Source: Octopus vulgaris | Taxonomy: Eukaryota | NCBI GenBank assembly: GCA_951406725.2 | Contig: OX597838.1 | Location: 3,286,001 to 3,350,000 of the forward strand | DNA: 64,000 nt | Direction of reading: 5' to 3' | Shown here: positions 1 to 14,316 of the stretch, piece by piece | How the letters are laid out: each line of letters begins with the position of its first letter | Position numbering within the stretch: the stretch's first letter is position 1 | Notes under the pieces: model-generated | What the model was told of the DNA's origin: nothing | The model's input: only the letters and a program-made list of their open reading frames with translations | Database searches by the model: none | Program-made: the position numbers and the translations under genes

Positions 1-554
1 AGACATGCATACTTTTATGTCTACACATATATATGTACAGAGGCAGTGACCGAGACCTTTGGCATTATGCCGTGCTTGGGAAGAAGACCCATCAAGCCGA
101 GCAGAATCGCAGTCATGGCAGATACTGGTGGCATGTAAAAGCACCCATTACACTCTCGGAGTGGTTGGTGTTAGGAAGGGCATCCTGCCATAAAAAAAAC
201 CATGCCAAATCAGACTGGAGTCTGGTGCAGCCTTCCAACCCTGGTCAAACAGGCCAACCGATGCCAACATGGGTTTCGGACATTAAATTATGATGATGAT
301 GATGATGATGACAAACACACACGAATGTGCTTCGTTATGTTTGTCTCTTGTCCCCTCTTGACAACCAGTGTTGTTCCAGCAACTTAGTGGTTCGGTAAAA
401 GACACCGATTGAGTAGGTACCAGGCGTGAGGAGAAAAAAAAAACGGCAGAAAATACCAGGGTCAATTTGTTCGACTAAATCCATTCGAGACAGAGTCCCA
501 GCATGACCACCACACTCCAATTTCTGAAACAAGTAAAAAGACAAACACACACAA

Positions 555-735
555 TACAATGGGGTGGGGCTGAAAAGTTCTTGGCTTTAAGAGTATTGTG
601 AAAGGCCTGGTTGGAGACTCGACTTTCAGAGTTCTTTTACAGGGCTTAGAAAAAACTGAAGGACCACAGCAATAAGTGTGTGAATCTAAGAGGGGGATAT
701 GTTGAATAAAATCACAATTTTAGCACCCCCTCATA
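555..735 (+). mobile_element. Mariner-derived MITE, same family as 22224-22484
   Basis: CTGAAAAGTTCTTGGCTTTAA start; remnant KLKDHSNKCVNLRGGYVE*; AGCACCCCCTCATA end. Confidence 0.7.
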
Positions 736-740
736 TATAT

Positions 741-1110
741 GGAAGCACTCCGTCGGTTACGACGACGAGGGTTCCGGTTGATCCGAATCAACGGAACAGC
801 CTGCTCGTGAAATTAACGTGTAAGTGGCTGAGCACTCCACAGACACGTGTACCCTTAACGTAGTTCTCGGGGATATTCAGCGTGACACAGAGAGTGACAA
901 GGCCGGCCCTTTGAAATACAGGTACAACAGAAACAGGAAGTAAGAGTGAGAGAAAGTTGTGGTGAAAGAGTACAGCAGGGATCACCACCATCCACTGCCG
1001 GAGTTGCGTGGAGCTTTTAGATGTTTTCGCTCAATAAACACTCACAACGCCTGGTCTGGGAATCAAAACCGCGAGTCCGCTGCCCTAACCACTGGGCCAT
1101 TGCGCCTCCA
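741..1110 (-). mobile_element. tRNA-derived SINE family B
   Basis: Minus-strand head TGGAGGCGCAATGGCCCAGTGGTTAGGGCAGCGGACTCGCGG..GATTCCC; head shared with 36401-36637 (+) and 46543-46839 (-). Confidence 0.8.
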
Positions 1111-2016
1111 CATATGTATATATGTATACATATGTACATACACAGAAGGGGGTGCTGAAAAATTCCTGGTGTTAAGGGTACCAATGTTAAATGATGATGA
1201 TGATGATGATGATGGTTATGAAATGAAGACAAACAAGGAGCAGCAGTGTATTTTATAAAAGAAAAACTTTTATTGGGCAACAACCATAGATTTATTTCTC
1301 TGTGTCTCACCAACTGTTTCAGAACATAATACACACACACGCAAACTCGTACACAGACACTCACACACAAACACACTCACGCAGCAGACACACTCACACC
1401 ATAGACACACAAAATATTGTTGGATGTATAAAATGCAGAATTGTTGTTTTTCAGTGAATTTCCTTTTTTTTATGTGTAACATACATACACATATACTACA
1501 TATATAATTTATTTATAGTATATATTTTTTTACATAGTATATGTATAGTATACAAGCATACATATATATATATATATCTATATATATGTATATATTAGTA
1601 TATATGTGTGTGTATGTGCTGAAGTATATGACTGGTATATAACTGAAAGAAAGAGAGGCATGTATTGAGTACACCGAAGGAAAACAAAATGGAAGGAAGA
1701 CAATCTAACGAAGACAATAGATGGCGCTTGTGTCAGAGTTAGTTTCCTCCACAAAAAATATAAATAAAATAAAAAACCTGAAGATGTTATTTTTAGGGTT
1801 TTTTTTTTTTTTCTTTGATGAAAGTGACTCAAACATAACGAAAAAGTATTTCCATGGAAACAGAGGAATTAAGGTGTCTGCGGAGAGATGGTACCAAACA
1901 TTTGGTGCTGTAGTAGAATTGGCTCAATACATTTTGGTAGAATTTCACCTTAGTGCTTGCTTTGATGTTGTTGTTGTTGGTCTGCTTAAGCAGTTGCTTG
2001 TATGAAGATTCATTAA

Positions 2017-2138
2017 TTTATATGTGTGTGCGTATATATATATATGTATATATATATATATGTGTGTGTATATGTATACATATATATAGATATGTGTGTA
2101 TATGTATACATATATATATATATATATGTGTGTATATG

Positions 2139-2174
<36 letters not shown>

Positions 2175-2240
2175 CGTATATACGTATATATATATATGTG
2201 TATATATGTATATATATATGTGTGTGTATATGTATATATA
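2017..2240. repeat. Compound (TA/TG)n microsatellite, representative of many (e.g. 2680-3080, 35505-35745, 39236-39290, 39895-40005)
   Basis: Direct inspection of the sequence. Confidence 0.95.
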
Positions 2241-5198
2241 AACACAGGTATGTATGAATGTGTATGTATCTTATTTGTTTGTCATTAGACTGCGGCCATG
2301 CTGGGGCACTGCTTTGAAGGGTTTTAAGCCGAATGAATCGACCCCAGTACTTATTGTCTTTTTTCTTGTTTTTTTTTTTTTTAAAGCCTGGTACTTATTC
2401 TATCGGTCTCTTTTTGCCGAACCGCTAAGTCACGGGGACATAAACAAACCAACACCGGTTGTCAAGTGGTGGCGGTGGGGACAAACAGAGACACAAAGAC
2501 ACACACACAATACATTACATATATATATATATATACATACATACATACATATATATATATACGACGGGCTTCTTTCAGTTTCCGTCAACCAAGCACGCAC
2601 ACACACGTGTGTGTCTGTAAAAATGTTTTTATTTCACAAATGTAATTAAAAAATTCAATAGAAAAATAGATTTCTAAACATACTGTGTGTGTGTGTATTT
2701 ATATATATATATGCATATATATATATATATATATATATACAAATGTATATACATATATATACACATATAAACATATACACATGTATAGTTACATATATAC
2801 ATACATAGTTACAAGTATATACACATATACACATTCATATGAATTATATACCATTACATAAACACTCATATATATATGCATACATAGTTAGAAGCATATA
2901 TTATACATATGTACACACACAAAGTTATATACAATAATGTGTGTGTGTGTGTGTATATATATATATGTGTATTTGTGTATATGTATATGTGTATGTGTAT
3001 TTATGTATATGTGTGTGTATGTAAGTATATATATATGTATGTATATATATGTATATATATATATATGTATGTATGTATAGATTGAGAGAGTGAGAGAGAG
3101 ACAGAGATGCATACTGCTTGTCTCTCCCCCTCTCTCCCACACATGCACACGCACATGCGGAATCACACACTCACACACATGCAGACTCACACACACACAC
3201 ATACTACATTCATTGACTTATGTACAGAGCTAGAGCCATGAATGTCAAATATATACATATGTAGAGATGCAACAACAATAATAATAATAATTATAATAAT
3301 AATAATAATATTAATAATGATGATAATGATAATAATAATAATAATAATAATAATGTTGGACAAGACGAGACGTAAATGTGTGTGTAGGGGAGGGAGGGGT
3401 TAAAAAAATATTTGAAGAAGTTAAAAAAAAAAAAAGGGGGGTGGGCAGGCTCGGGTGGAAAACAAGAAGTCGCTGGTATGATGGAACCTACAAAGTCTAA
3501 AAAGGCAGGATTATGAGACTTGCAGCCCAAATTCCAGCCATCCATTATTTATAGAGAGAAAAAAAAAAAAAAAAAACCGTTGGCTATGGGCTTGGCTACA
3601 TTATTGCAAAGGACTGAGAGAGTAGGGACTCTCGCTTCTTTTTCTTCCTTACTTTCTCTTTTACTCAAAAGTAAAAAAAAAAAAATGTAATTCTTTCATT
3701 TTTTATACATTTTTATAATATATTTATATATTTTGTAGATTTTTTGTTGGATTTATTTTGTTTTTCGTTTCGTTTGTTGTTTGTTTTTCTTTTTTTTTTT
3801 TTGGATGTAGGAATTTGGATTATTTTGGAGTTTTTTTCTTCTTTTCTTTTTTTTTCTTTTATTTTATTTGTCGGAGTTTCTAAAAGTTTGATTTGGTTTG
3901 GTTTGGTTTTTTAAAAAGTTCTCTACAGAAAAAAAAAATGGTAAAAATAAATATCCAAAAAAAAAAAAATACAACACCGAGAAAAAAAAAAACATTGACC
4001 CTGAGCAATTTAGTTTAGTCTTTAAGAAAAGTCATTGTCTGAGGAAAATAGGATGGGTGGGTGGGTGGGGTTGAAGCAGGGGTGGGTGGGAAACAAGAAC
4101 GACTCCCTCACCCCTCTTCCTCCCTCCAGCTCTCCAAGAAAGATATTTTTTTTTGTTTTAGTAAGTTTTCTTTTACGTTTTTCTTTAAAAAAATTTTTTT
4201 TTAATTCATCCCCCCCCCCCGGTACCAAGGTGGTGGCCCCAGCATGGCCACTGTCCAATGACTGAAACAAGTAAAGAGATTTTTTTTTTCTTTTGTTGGT
4301 TGGTTTGTTTCTTTGCTAGGGGGGGGGGAAAGGTGAGTGGGGGGGGGGGGCACTTGGTAACAATTTTTTGTTTGTAGCATGTAATGTTGTTGTTGCTGCT
4401 GCTGTTTAAACCTGTCCCACCTGACCCCAACCCCAGGGCACTCACCACTTCACACCACCCCTTCCCCAACTCAGGCACTCACCACCTCACCCCCACCCAT
4501 GTGATCCACTGCCTCCATCCCCACTTCATCCAGGAAAAAAATCAAAGATCAAAGGATTGTTCTGCAATTGCCAGCCATGACCACCCCATCTGTATGTTTA
4601 TTTAATCCCACCCCAGCTTAGATTTGATCAAGCCAAAAATTGTATACTACAAATAGAAAAAAAAGGGCGTTCCTGATTTCCGTCCTGGACCATCCTGTCT
4701 TGGTCTTTTTGTTTACATTTCTTTTTTTTTTTTTTATTTATTTATGTAAATTTTCAGTTTTTGTCATATTCTCCCTTCCCACCCCTCCAAACTTTTTGCT
4801 TCTATTTAAAATTTTTTTGATTAAAAGTCTCCCTGTGTGTGTGTGTGTTTGACAATATCTTTTTGTGTATCTTACTACCCCCCCTCCCCAAGTCACTCAT
4901 TTGAAACAAACCAAAATGACCCAGAAACCCCCCCCAAAAAAAAAAACCTACAAATACAAACTTTAAAAGTAATTTAAACTCTAGCAGAACTAAAATATTA
5001 AACACAAGTACTAATAACTATCTTTTCTATTCTAGGCACAAGAGGAGAGGGGAGGGGGCAGTCGATTAGATCGACCCCAGTATGCAACTGGTACTTAATT
5101 TATCGACCCCGAAAAGATGAAAAGCAAAGTCGACCTTAGCAGGATTTGAACTCGGATCATAAAGACAGATGAAATGCTATGCATTTTGCCCACCAGCA

Positions 5199-5234
<36 letters not shown>

Positions 5235-7232
5235 CCTTTCTGCTATAGGCACAAGGCCTGAAAATTGGGGGAGAGGGACTAGTCGATTACATCGACCCCA
5301 GTGCATAACTGGTACTTAATTGACCCCAAAAGGATGAAAGGCAAAGTCGACCCTGGCGGAATTTGAACTCAGAACGTAGCGGCAGACGAAATACTGGCAA
5401 GCATTTTGTCTGGCATGCTAACAATTCTGCCAGCTCACCACATTAGTAATAATAATAATAATAATTAATAATAATGAAGTTTAAAATAACTAAAAAAATT
5501 TTCTTTCAAAAAATATCCTTTTATTCAGTATTTGATAACTGGAATATGTGTACAGTAGAAATAATAATAATAATAATAATAATGGTTTCAAACTTTGACA
5601 CAAGGCCATGGATGGGGGGGGGGGGTATGGAGGGGGGGGGGGGCGATATGGTCAATTACATTGACCCCAGTGCTTAACTGGTACTTATTTTATCGACTCT
5701 GAAAGGTGAAGTCGACCGTGGCAGAATTTGAACTCAGAACAAAGTCAAACGAGATGCTGCTAAGCGTTTTGCCTGGTGGGCCAACACTTCCTGCCAGCTC
5801 ACCACTTTAATAATAATAATAAGTCATTGTGGACTTCTCCCTCCCATGGGGGGGGGTGTATTTATAACAGTAAAAACAGAGAGGGAGGGGAGAGAAAGAA
5901 AGAGACACCGAGGGAAGGAGATGATTGATGAAAGAGAGAGATGTGGAACAGATAGAAAGAAAGAAAAGTACTGAAAGACGACTCCCACTCCTTCATGTTC
6001 TCTTTTACTTTACCCTCCACCCCACCCTACCCTACCCTACCAAACACCAACTCCCCAGGGACTTCCGAAACTTATTTCTTTTCGATGATATTACCCCCAC
6101 CCTGCTTATGCTGAGTTATCAGCCCTTAAGTGAGCAGCAGGGTCTCGGATTGACAGGCTGAACAGGGGTGGAGCAATTGACAGGGCAGAAACCAACAAAG
6201 TTGTTTTACTCAATATAATTATTCCTCACAAATCATCAGTCAGCCAGATTCTTAATAATAATAATGGTTTCAAATTTTGCCACAAGGGCAGCCATTTTGG
6301 GGGGAGGGGGACGAGTTGATTGCATTGACCCCCAGTGTTTCAGTAGTACTTGATTCATTGACCCCCAAAGAGATGAAAGGCAAAGTCAACCTTGGCAGAA
6401 TTTGAACTCAGAATGTAAGGACAGGTCCAGCACTCTAACGATTCTGCCAGGTCACCACCTATAATAATAATAATCTTTTCTACTAAAGGTACAAGGCCTG
6501 ATATTTTGGGGAAAGGGACTAGTTAATTACATTGACACCAGTATTTCACTGGTACTTAATTTATCGCCCCCTCCCTCTCCTCCGAAAGGATAAAAGGCAA
6601 AGTCGACCACAGTGGCATTTGAACTCAGAACGTGAAGACAGACAGAATACTGTTAGTCATTTTGCCCAGCATGCTAACGATTCTGACAGCTTGTCACCTT
6701 TAATAGAAATAATAATCCTTTCTAGTATAGGGACATCGCTTGAAGTGTTGGAGCAGGAGCTGGTCAATTACATCGACCCCGGTGTTCAGTTGGCCCTCAT
6801 TTCCTCAACCCTGAAAGGGATGAAAGGTGAAGGTCAACCTTGGTGGGATTTGAACTCAGAATGTAAAGATGGACAAAATGCTGCTATCTATTTAAGGTGG
6901 TGACGGGGCTGAATCGTTAGAATGTCAGATAAAAACGCTTCTTCCAGTTGTTTGTTTTCTGAGTTCAAATGCCACTAGAGTTAACCTTGCCTTTCATTAC
7001 TTTGGGGTTGATAAAAATAAAGTACCAGTCTATAGTATTTGGTAGGAGTTTTTCTTTCCTGTAATTGATTTACCCCAACCTCTTAAAATTGCTGGGACTT
7101 GTGAGCCAGAACCAGAAAATTATTATTATTGAGTGAGAGAGCAGGACATGCCATCAAAGTGACACTGGGGTACAAATATACAAAGCCCAATATAGCCATC
7201 ATGACTACCCGTCTGATAAGGGTACACTAGGA

Positions 7233-7267
<35 letters not shown>

Positions 7268-8459
7268 GAAACTCTGAGAGCAACCAGATTGTTTTTAATT
7301 TGTATATAAAAAAAAATAGCCTCCAATATTTGGGAATCAACTTAAAACAGGGGGAAGGGAGTAATGTGGGAATGTATGAAAGGAAAGGAGGCCGCCAGGT
7401 GGCATTAAAAACGGAAAATAAAATGAGACTTAAGTAATAGCTAAATAAACATTATTAACATAAATATGATCCACTTAATTTTCATTAATTAAGACTGCAT
7501 TATGGTGAAGCAAAATAATAATAATGGAAAGGACTAGTTAATTTATCGACCCCGAAAGGATGAAAGGCAGAGTCGACCTTGGCGGAATTTGAACTCAGAA
7601 CGTAGTGGCAGACGAAATACCGCTAAGCATTTCGCCAGGCGTGCTAACGATTCTGCCAGCTCACCGCCTTAAATAGTAATAATAATAATAATAATAATAA
7701 AAACTACGAATTCGTGCAACTAAATTATCCTAGACTCTCCCTCTGCATTGGGTAAACGGGAAGCTAAAGCATAGATCACTGCTAAAATATAGATCACAAG
7801 GGAGACAACTTTGAATTGCCGCCCTTTCAATGCAGAGACACAGAGTGGGGAGTATTGGGAGGAAATTAAAAGTTGACGGTTGTTCGTCAGTATTGAACTG
7901 GGGTTTCCTCTTTTACTGTTCAATCTTGCTCGTAGTGTCCTCCAGTCTTTGACAAATTAATAGCTTCAGGAGTTTGAAATTGTGATTGTCCAGCACGGGG
8001 TCAGAACGGGATTGCCTGATTAACCCTTTGCTTAGAATATTTCCGTTGTAATACTCTATCTTTCATTTCAATTAATTCTGTAAACAACAAAGAACTTAAA
8101 ATAACCTTGCCTTAATTAAGCTAGTCTCTGGGACACAAATTCATAAATTAGTATGAAGATCATATCGTATAAGCAGGAGTGGTGGTCTCGAGTGACTCGG
8201 TGCCAAAGATTTGTTTTTTAACAAGTCTATGACACGAACTGTTCCTTTACCGCTTTTAATATATTTTAATTTAATTTGATAAGCTAAACAAGATCTGACC
8301 CTTTACTATTTAAACCAGCCACATCTGGCCACATCCAATATTCAACCTGTTTTATGGTCAACCTGGCCACACCCAACCGCACACAGCTACTCTACCATGA
8401 TATAATTCTAGAAATAAGCAATAACCAATTTTCTTTTTTTTATCTTTTTCTGTAAGGGC

Positions 8460-8687
8460 TTAACCCTTTAGCATTCAGATTATTCTGTCAAATGTAAAGC
8501 TTATGTATTCACACCATGTAAAATTAATCTTGCATCATTTCATGGCTTTGAGATTTCAATGATGAGATTGTTTATTTTTAAAATGACACAATAAGGTAGC
8601 TATGAATGACCACATCTGACTAGTTTGAACATAAAATAGGTAGAATATTTTGGCCGGATATGGCCAGTTTAAACACTAAAGGGTTAA
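8460..8687. mobile_element. piggyBac-type MITE family 1 (similar copies at ~22688-22918, ~37933-38156, ~46050-46223, ~58390-58584 and fragments elsewhere)
   Basis: TTAA|CCCTTTAGCATT ... CTAAAGGG|TTAA termini. Confidence 0.7.
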
Positions 8688-9883
8688 AGGTCAACAGCTA
8701 AACTGACATCCAGTTACTAATACTGCCCCACCCCCCACCCCCATCCGGAAACATAAACGGTAAAAGATGCATCTAGCACTATTTGAACAGAAAATGCTGA
8801 AAGTAAACACTACACAGTTGAGTGGACCCCACATTAATCCTTAAATGGCAGGAAAGCATTCCATGAACGCATGTGCCAAATGGGCAAAAGACAAACAAAA
8901 AAAAAAGTCCTCTTCTTGAGGGAAATTTTTTTTTTACTTACTTTCACTTTCTCCAACCCATGCTAGCATGGAAAGCGGATGTTAAACGATGAACAAAAAC
9001 TATAATAATTGTTAGTCTGTTGCACAATAATTAAGGGCTGCTATTAAAATAATCCTTTTTCTTTGCATCTGGCATGAGCATAAATTCATTTGAGATTCCT
9101 GCATTGTACAAATGTGTCATCAATTGACCCCTACCATTTAAAGGCTAATGCTTTGCTCATTTCCATCATACTCAGCTAGGGTTAGTAAATAATAACCACT
9201 TCTAACATAACCCCAAGGATCATAGATTTGGGAGAGAGAGAGAAAGGGGTCAGTCGGTCCAACTCTTATGAGGTGCTTTATCTAATTGACCCCAATTAGG
9301 ATGACAAGTTAAGTAGACCTTGGCAGGATTTGAACTCAGACAGCAGAGGGACATAACAGAAGGCACCAAGTCATTTTCTCTGGTGCTCTACTGATTCTAA
9401 CAATGGGGCTTTTATTTCCCCAAAAGGAGGCAGAGTTCCCCCTCCTTGGGTTTTTTTTTGTATTGAAGTTGTTCAATACTCCATGAGTCAAGTAAAGCAG
9501 AAAGCTATAATGTAAAGGTGCTTCCAGTCATGACCATCCCATTTTCCCCACCCTGGGATTCTAATAGATCTAGAGCTAAAACATTATGCAGCATGTTCCA
9601 TCTTTAAAGTGCTAGGTTGGGCATGATTTGAAGGGAATTTGGTTGCTGTTTCTAGCAAGTAGAGCAACCCACACATAGTCCACACCATACTCCTGTGGCT
9701 CGTAGACGGGAGCCACTGAGTTTATATGTATGAGTGTCTCTCCGTTTCTGTGTGTGTGATCCCACCCAAACAAAACTGGTGGTGGAAGGACTCTTACAAA
9801 GTCAAACATTTCAGATATTAAATTTATAATTACAAAAAAAAAAAAAAAAAAAAAAAGGAAATTAAAACAAGGCAAGCATGTTT

Positions 9884-9918
<35 letters not shown>

Positions 9919-10476
9919 GAAGACCAACTTGGGGAATGGGGGAAGGGGGAAACAAAATACTATAAAAAGTTTCTTTTAGTAAAAAGATTCATATATATAC
10001 ATATATATATATTATACATACATACATTATATATACATATATTATATATACATACATACATTATATATATATGCAGACATCTGTACAACAGGTTTTTTTT
10101 GATTCTACACACATTCCAACAAATGTTTACTGAGCAGTTTGTAAATACACATAAAAAAAAAAATCCTATACGCACACATTTATATACACACACACACACA
10201 AGCTTCTGGTTTCATGTTGATGTCTCTCTAAAAAGCAGTGGGGCGGGGTGTATGTGCGTGTGTGTTGGTTATGGGTCCATCTGTCCGTCCGTCAGTCGGG
10301 AGGAGGGGAGGGGAAGTAACAGCTGAGTGAAAGCTGATTGTTTGGCTCGACCCCTGTAATTTTTTTCCAAAGGATCTGTCCAGGCCCTATGCTTCCCGGT
10401 CTCCATTTACCAACACACACACATACACGCATGCACACAGGTTCCTCACAGTCTGCCACGGTGTTCTCAACGCAGC

Positions 10477-10556
10477 AACCTTCCGAATGTTCCAAGTGCC
10501 ACAAACGCGCCACACGGAACCTTCCGAATGTTCCAAGTGCCACAAACGTGCCACAC
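10477..10556. repeat. 41-bp-period tandem duplication
   Basis: AACCTTCCGAATGTTCCAAGTGCCACAAACG(C/T)GCCACAC at 10477 and 10518. Confidence 0.9.
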
Positions 10557-12820
10557 TCCAATCCCTCAACCATCGGCACCACCACCGCCAACCAGGTCGC
10601 CTTCAAACACTAGCACCACACTCAATCCTTGCAGTTATTCTAAACCCAGTAAACTCTATTTCTCCTTTTCCAAGCACTATTCTATAGTAGTAGTAGTAGT
10701 AGTAGTAGATTAGCCCCATTTCAGTCATGATCCAGTGGACATAATGATCAAAGACATTCCCAACCATGGCCAGCGCTACATTTTTCTTTGTTTGATTTAC
10801 AGACGTAGCATAGGCAGAATTATGCACCCTTTCTTGTGTAACCCATTGTGAGGGAGGGGGGGGGTGAGATTTGGAGGAGAGGTTTGGCTGTACTTTCTAG
10901 CATATCCAAACGTTCAGTTAGGGGGGGCTATCTTGATGACGTGTGTATACATACATATGTGTGTGTGTGAGTGTGTATGCATGTTAGTGTGTGTGTGTGT
11001 GTAAGCAAGGAGGAACCTGTAGATGGAAGTTGAGGAGTTGCATATGATGATGGGGGTGGGGGGTGGGGGGGCGTACAAAAATGTAAATAAATAAAGAGTA
11101 AAAAGAAATAAAAACAAATGGGAGAAACAACAACAAAATTTTTTTAAAAATCTGGTAATATTGAAATTAAGATCCACAATAAATTGTAATAATAATAATA
11201 ATAGTAATAGTAACAGCAACAACAACAACAAAAACAGCAATGAGGAAAAAATATAAACAATGAAAATAGATTGCTCTTTTTTTCTTGTTAAGGGGTGGGC
11301 ATGGTAGGAAGTGATGATGAGGTTAGTTAAAGGCTGGGCAACAGAGACGCACATGTATGTGTGTGTGTGTGTGTGTGTGAGAGAGAGGGGGAGAGGAGAG
11401 AGTGTGGTGGGGGTATGTGGGTCTTACCGGAAGGCAAAGAACTAGTCCCTTGTTAAGACAAGGTTGGATAGCGTTGGCAGCAGAAGATAAGGGATGCTAA
11501 CAACAACAATTAAATTTTAACAGGGGGTCACAAGACCAGAAAACCTGGGGGTGGGGGGTGAAGGAGGGAGGATAGGAGGGAGAAAGGTTAATTACATTGA
11601 CCTCAATACTTGACTGGTACTCCATTATTATTGAGCCCCACCCTCCACCACTATCGTCATCATCTCTTTGGGCTGAATGAAAGACGGTTGCTGTCCTTGG
11701 CAGGATTTGAACCCAGGCCTGAAAGTTAAAAATCTGCAATTGTAAGGCCTTTTTGTCCAACATACTAATGATTCTCTTAATCCAGGCCCCTAACAACAAC
11801 CGCCACAGCTTCTATCAGATCAGAGGCAGGAGGCCCTAAATGTGTGTGGGACGAAGGGATGAAAAAATAAAAAAAATAACTTAGGAGTAGAATTTTAATC
11901 TGATGGATGTCAACAACAACAATCCTTTCTACTGTAGGCACAAAGCCTGAAATTTTAGGGGACGGGGTTAGTTGATTATATTGACCCCCCAAAAGGATGG
12001 AAGTCATCTCTGGCAGAATTTGAACTCAGATGTTCAAGTTGCTAATGATTCAACCTGAATAATCCCTTCTACTGGAGGCACAGGGCCTCAAATTTGTGGC
12101 AGGGCCAACTAGTCGATTATATCAACCCCAGTGTTTCACTGGTACTTAATTTACTGACCCCAAAAGGAGGAAAGGCAAAGTTGGCCTCAGAATGTAGCGA
12201 CTGGCGAAATACCACTGAGCATTCTGTCCAGTGTGCTAACGATTCTGCCGTCTTTTGCTACCTTAATAAGGTGGGTGGGCTGGCAGAAACGTTAGCATGT
12301 CGGGCGAAATACTTGGCGGTATTTCGTCTGTCTTTACGTTCTGAGTTCAAATTCTGCCGAGGTTGACTTTGCCTTTCATCCTTTAGGGGTCGATAAATTA
12401 AGTACCAGTTGCATACTAGGGTTGATCTAATTAACTGGCCCCCTCTCCAATTTTTCTATAACAGGAACAAGGCTAGTTGATTATCAACTGGTACTTATTC
12501 ACCGACCTTGGTGGTGCCGCTGAGCACTTTTCTGAGTTGCTAAGGATTCGGCCAACTTGCCACCTTATAATAATGGTCTCAAATTTTGGTACAAGGCCAG
12601 TAATTTTAGGGGAAGGTAGCTGGTCAAACTAATTAACCCCGGTGTTTGACCGGCACTTATGTTATTAATCCCCAAAACAATGAAGGACAAAGTTGATTTC
12701 GTTAACGTGAACTCAGAATGTAAAAAAAATGCTGGAAGAAATTTTGCCTGGAAAACAGTAAGGATTCCCTCAGTTCACAGCCTTAATAATTCCACTGTGC
12801 AACAAACCCTTTTTTTTTCT

Positions 12821-13217
12821 GTCTTTGGTCAGTAAGTGTTATTTCCTATTCTATCAAAGGAAATGACTGCTATTCCCGTCAAACTTTATTTTGGGATTTG
12901 GACATCAATGTTTTGAAACTTGTCTATTCCACCCGCCCCAATTACATTTCAGACAGATTCAGCACTAAGCTACAGTCATATCAAATATTCTGCTCGTTAG
13001 CACAGATTTGTTTGTCTTTGGTCAATGAAAGTTATTTCCTATTTGCTTCTGTCTAGAAATGACTGCTGGTCCTTTCAAACTTTGCTTCTAAGACCTGGAC
13101 ATCAATATTTTGAAACCGACCTATTTCCCATTACACTTCAGATAGATTCAATGCCGAGTTGCTGAAGCAGAAATATCGTTATAGCAAATATTCTGCTCAA
13201 TACCACAGAATTGCTTG
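12821..13217. repeat. Diverged tandem duplication of a ~195-bp unit
   Basis: GTCTTTGGTCA..GTTATTTCCTATT..GAAATGACTGCT..CAAACTTT..GGACATCAAT.TTTTGAAAC..CAAATATTCTGCTC occurs twice (from 12821 and from 13014). Confidence 0.75.
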
Positions 13218-14316
13218 GCCTTAACCATTTGAGCATGTCCCTTGGTGGCTGGCAATATGTGCATCTCTGATCACGAGCAGAAGTAGTGGGGGAGCATCAT
13301 AGCCAGGTGTGGAGGAGAGGGATTCTTTGCGGTTTGAATGAATGTAACAAAAGCAAAGTTTGAACGAAATATTAGCCATTTTTTTATCCTTCCTAGGAAT
13401 CAGCAAATAGGAGATGACTGTTGCTGCCCAAGGACAAAACTTGTATTACACAGTGTAATAGTTTTCATACACAGGCCTAATTCTCTTTTGGAGGGGGGGG
13501 AATAGGGGAGGGACAAGCAGATTTGTTGAATAAACTGACCCACCACCAGATGGAGGAAAGGCAAAACTTATTTCGGTGGGATCTGAACTGAGAGTATAAA
13601 AAAGTTGATTAGAACTAAATATTGCAATCTTTTCTTTTTTTTTTTTTTAATAATAATTCTCAATTTCCTTTTAATACACAAAGCCAACTTTTTAAAATTA
13701 TAATTTTTGAGTGTCAAAGAAAGTGTGTGTGTGTGTGTGTGTGTGAGAGGTGGATTTGGGGAGGAAGTGGAGAGACCGTCTCTTTGACTGACCCATCAGC
13801 ATTGTATTAACGTGCCAATTGCAATTTTTATTTCATTAACCCATCTACCCACCCACTGCCTCGTTAACCTTGGAGCGTTGAAAGGTAAACTTAAATTACA
13901 TCCATATTCTCACCTACCCCTTCAAGGGAAAGGAATGGGTTTTAAGAATTGAAGAAGGAGGAGGAGGAGACAATGAAGAAGAGAAGAAATTGAAGAATAC
14001 TTTACAACAGTTAGTCTGGCTGCACCATTTTTTTGGTTACCACCTCATGGCCCACCCCAAGTTCCCATCCTGATTCAGGCCCCTAGTTATTTTAATTTTT
14101 TATTTTGTTTTTTTTTTTTCTGACTAGGTGACGCAAAGCCCTATTAATTTCTGTGGAAAGTTGTGACATTCATGCCCTGCCAAAGTTGGAAAGAGAGAGA
14201 GAGAAGGGGTGGGGGGGGCATTTAGCAGCGAAGGCGGCAGAGGCAGCACATGTAAGAATGCTGGCTTCCTTTCAAAATGGAAAAAAAAATTTGAAATCAA
14301 GAAGGAAATGGAAGTC

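Noticed and set aside
1953-3202. Many YI/HT/CV-repeat ORFs here and across the window
   Set aside because: They are translations of (TA)n/(CA)n microsatellites.
7700-8020. Faint LINE-like translation on the minus strand (KLLKLLICQRL)
   Set aside because: Too short and degenerate to assign without a profile search.
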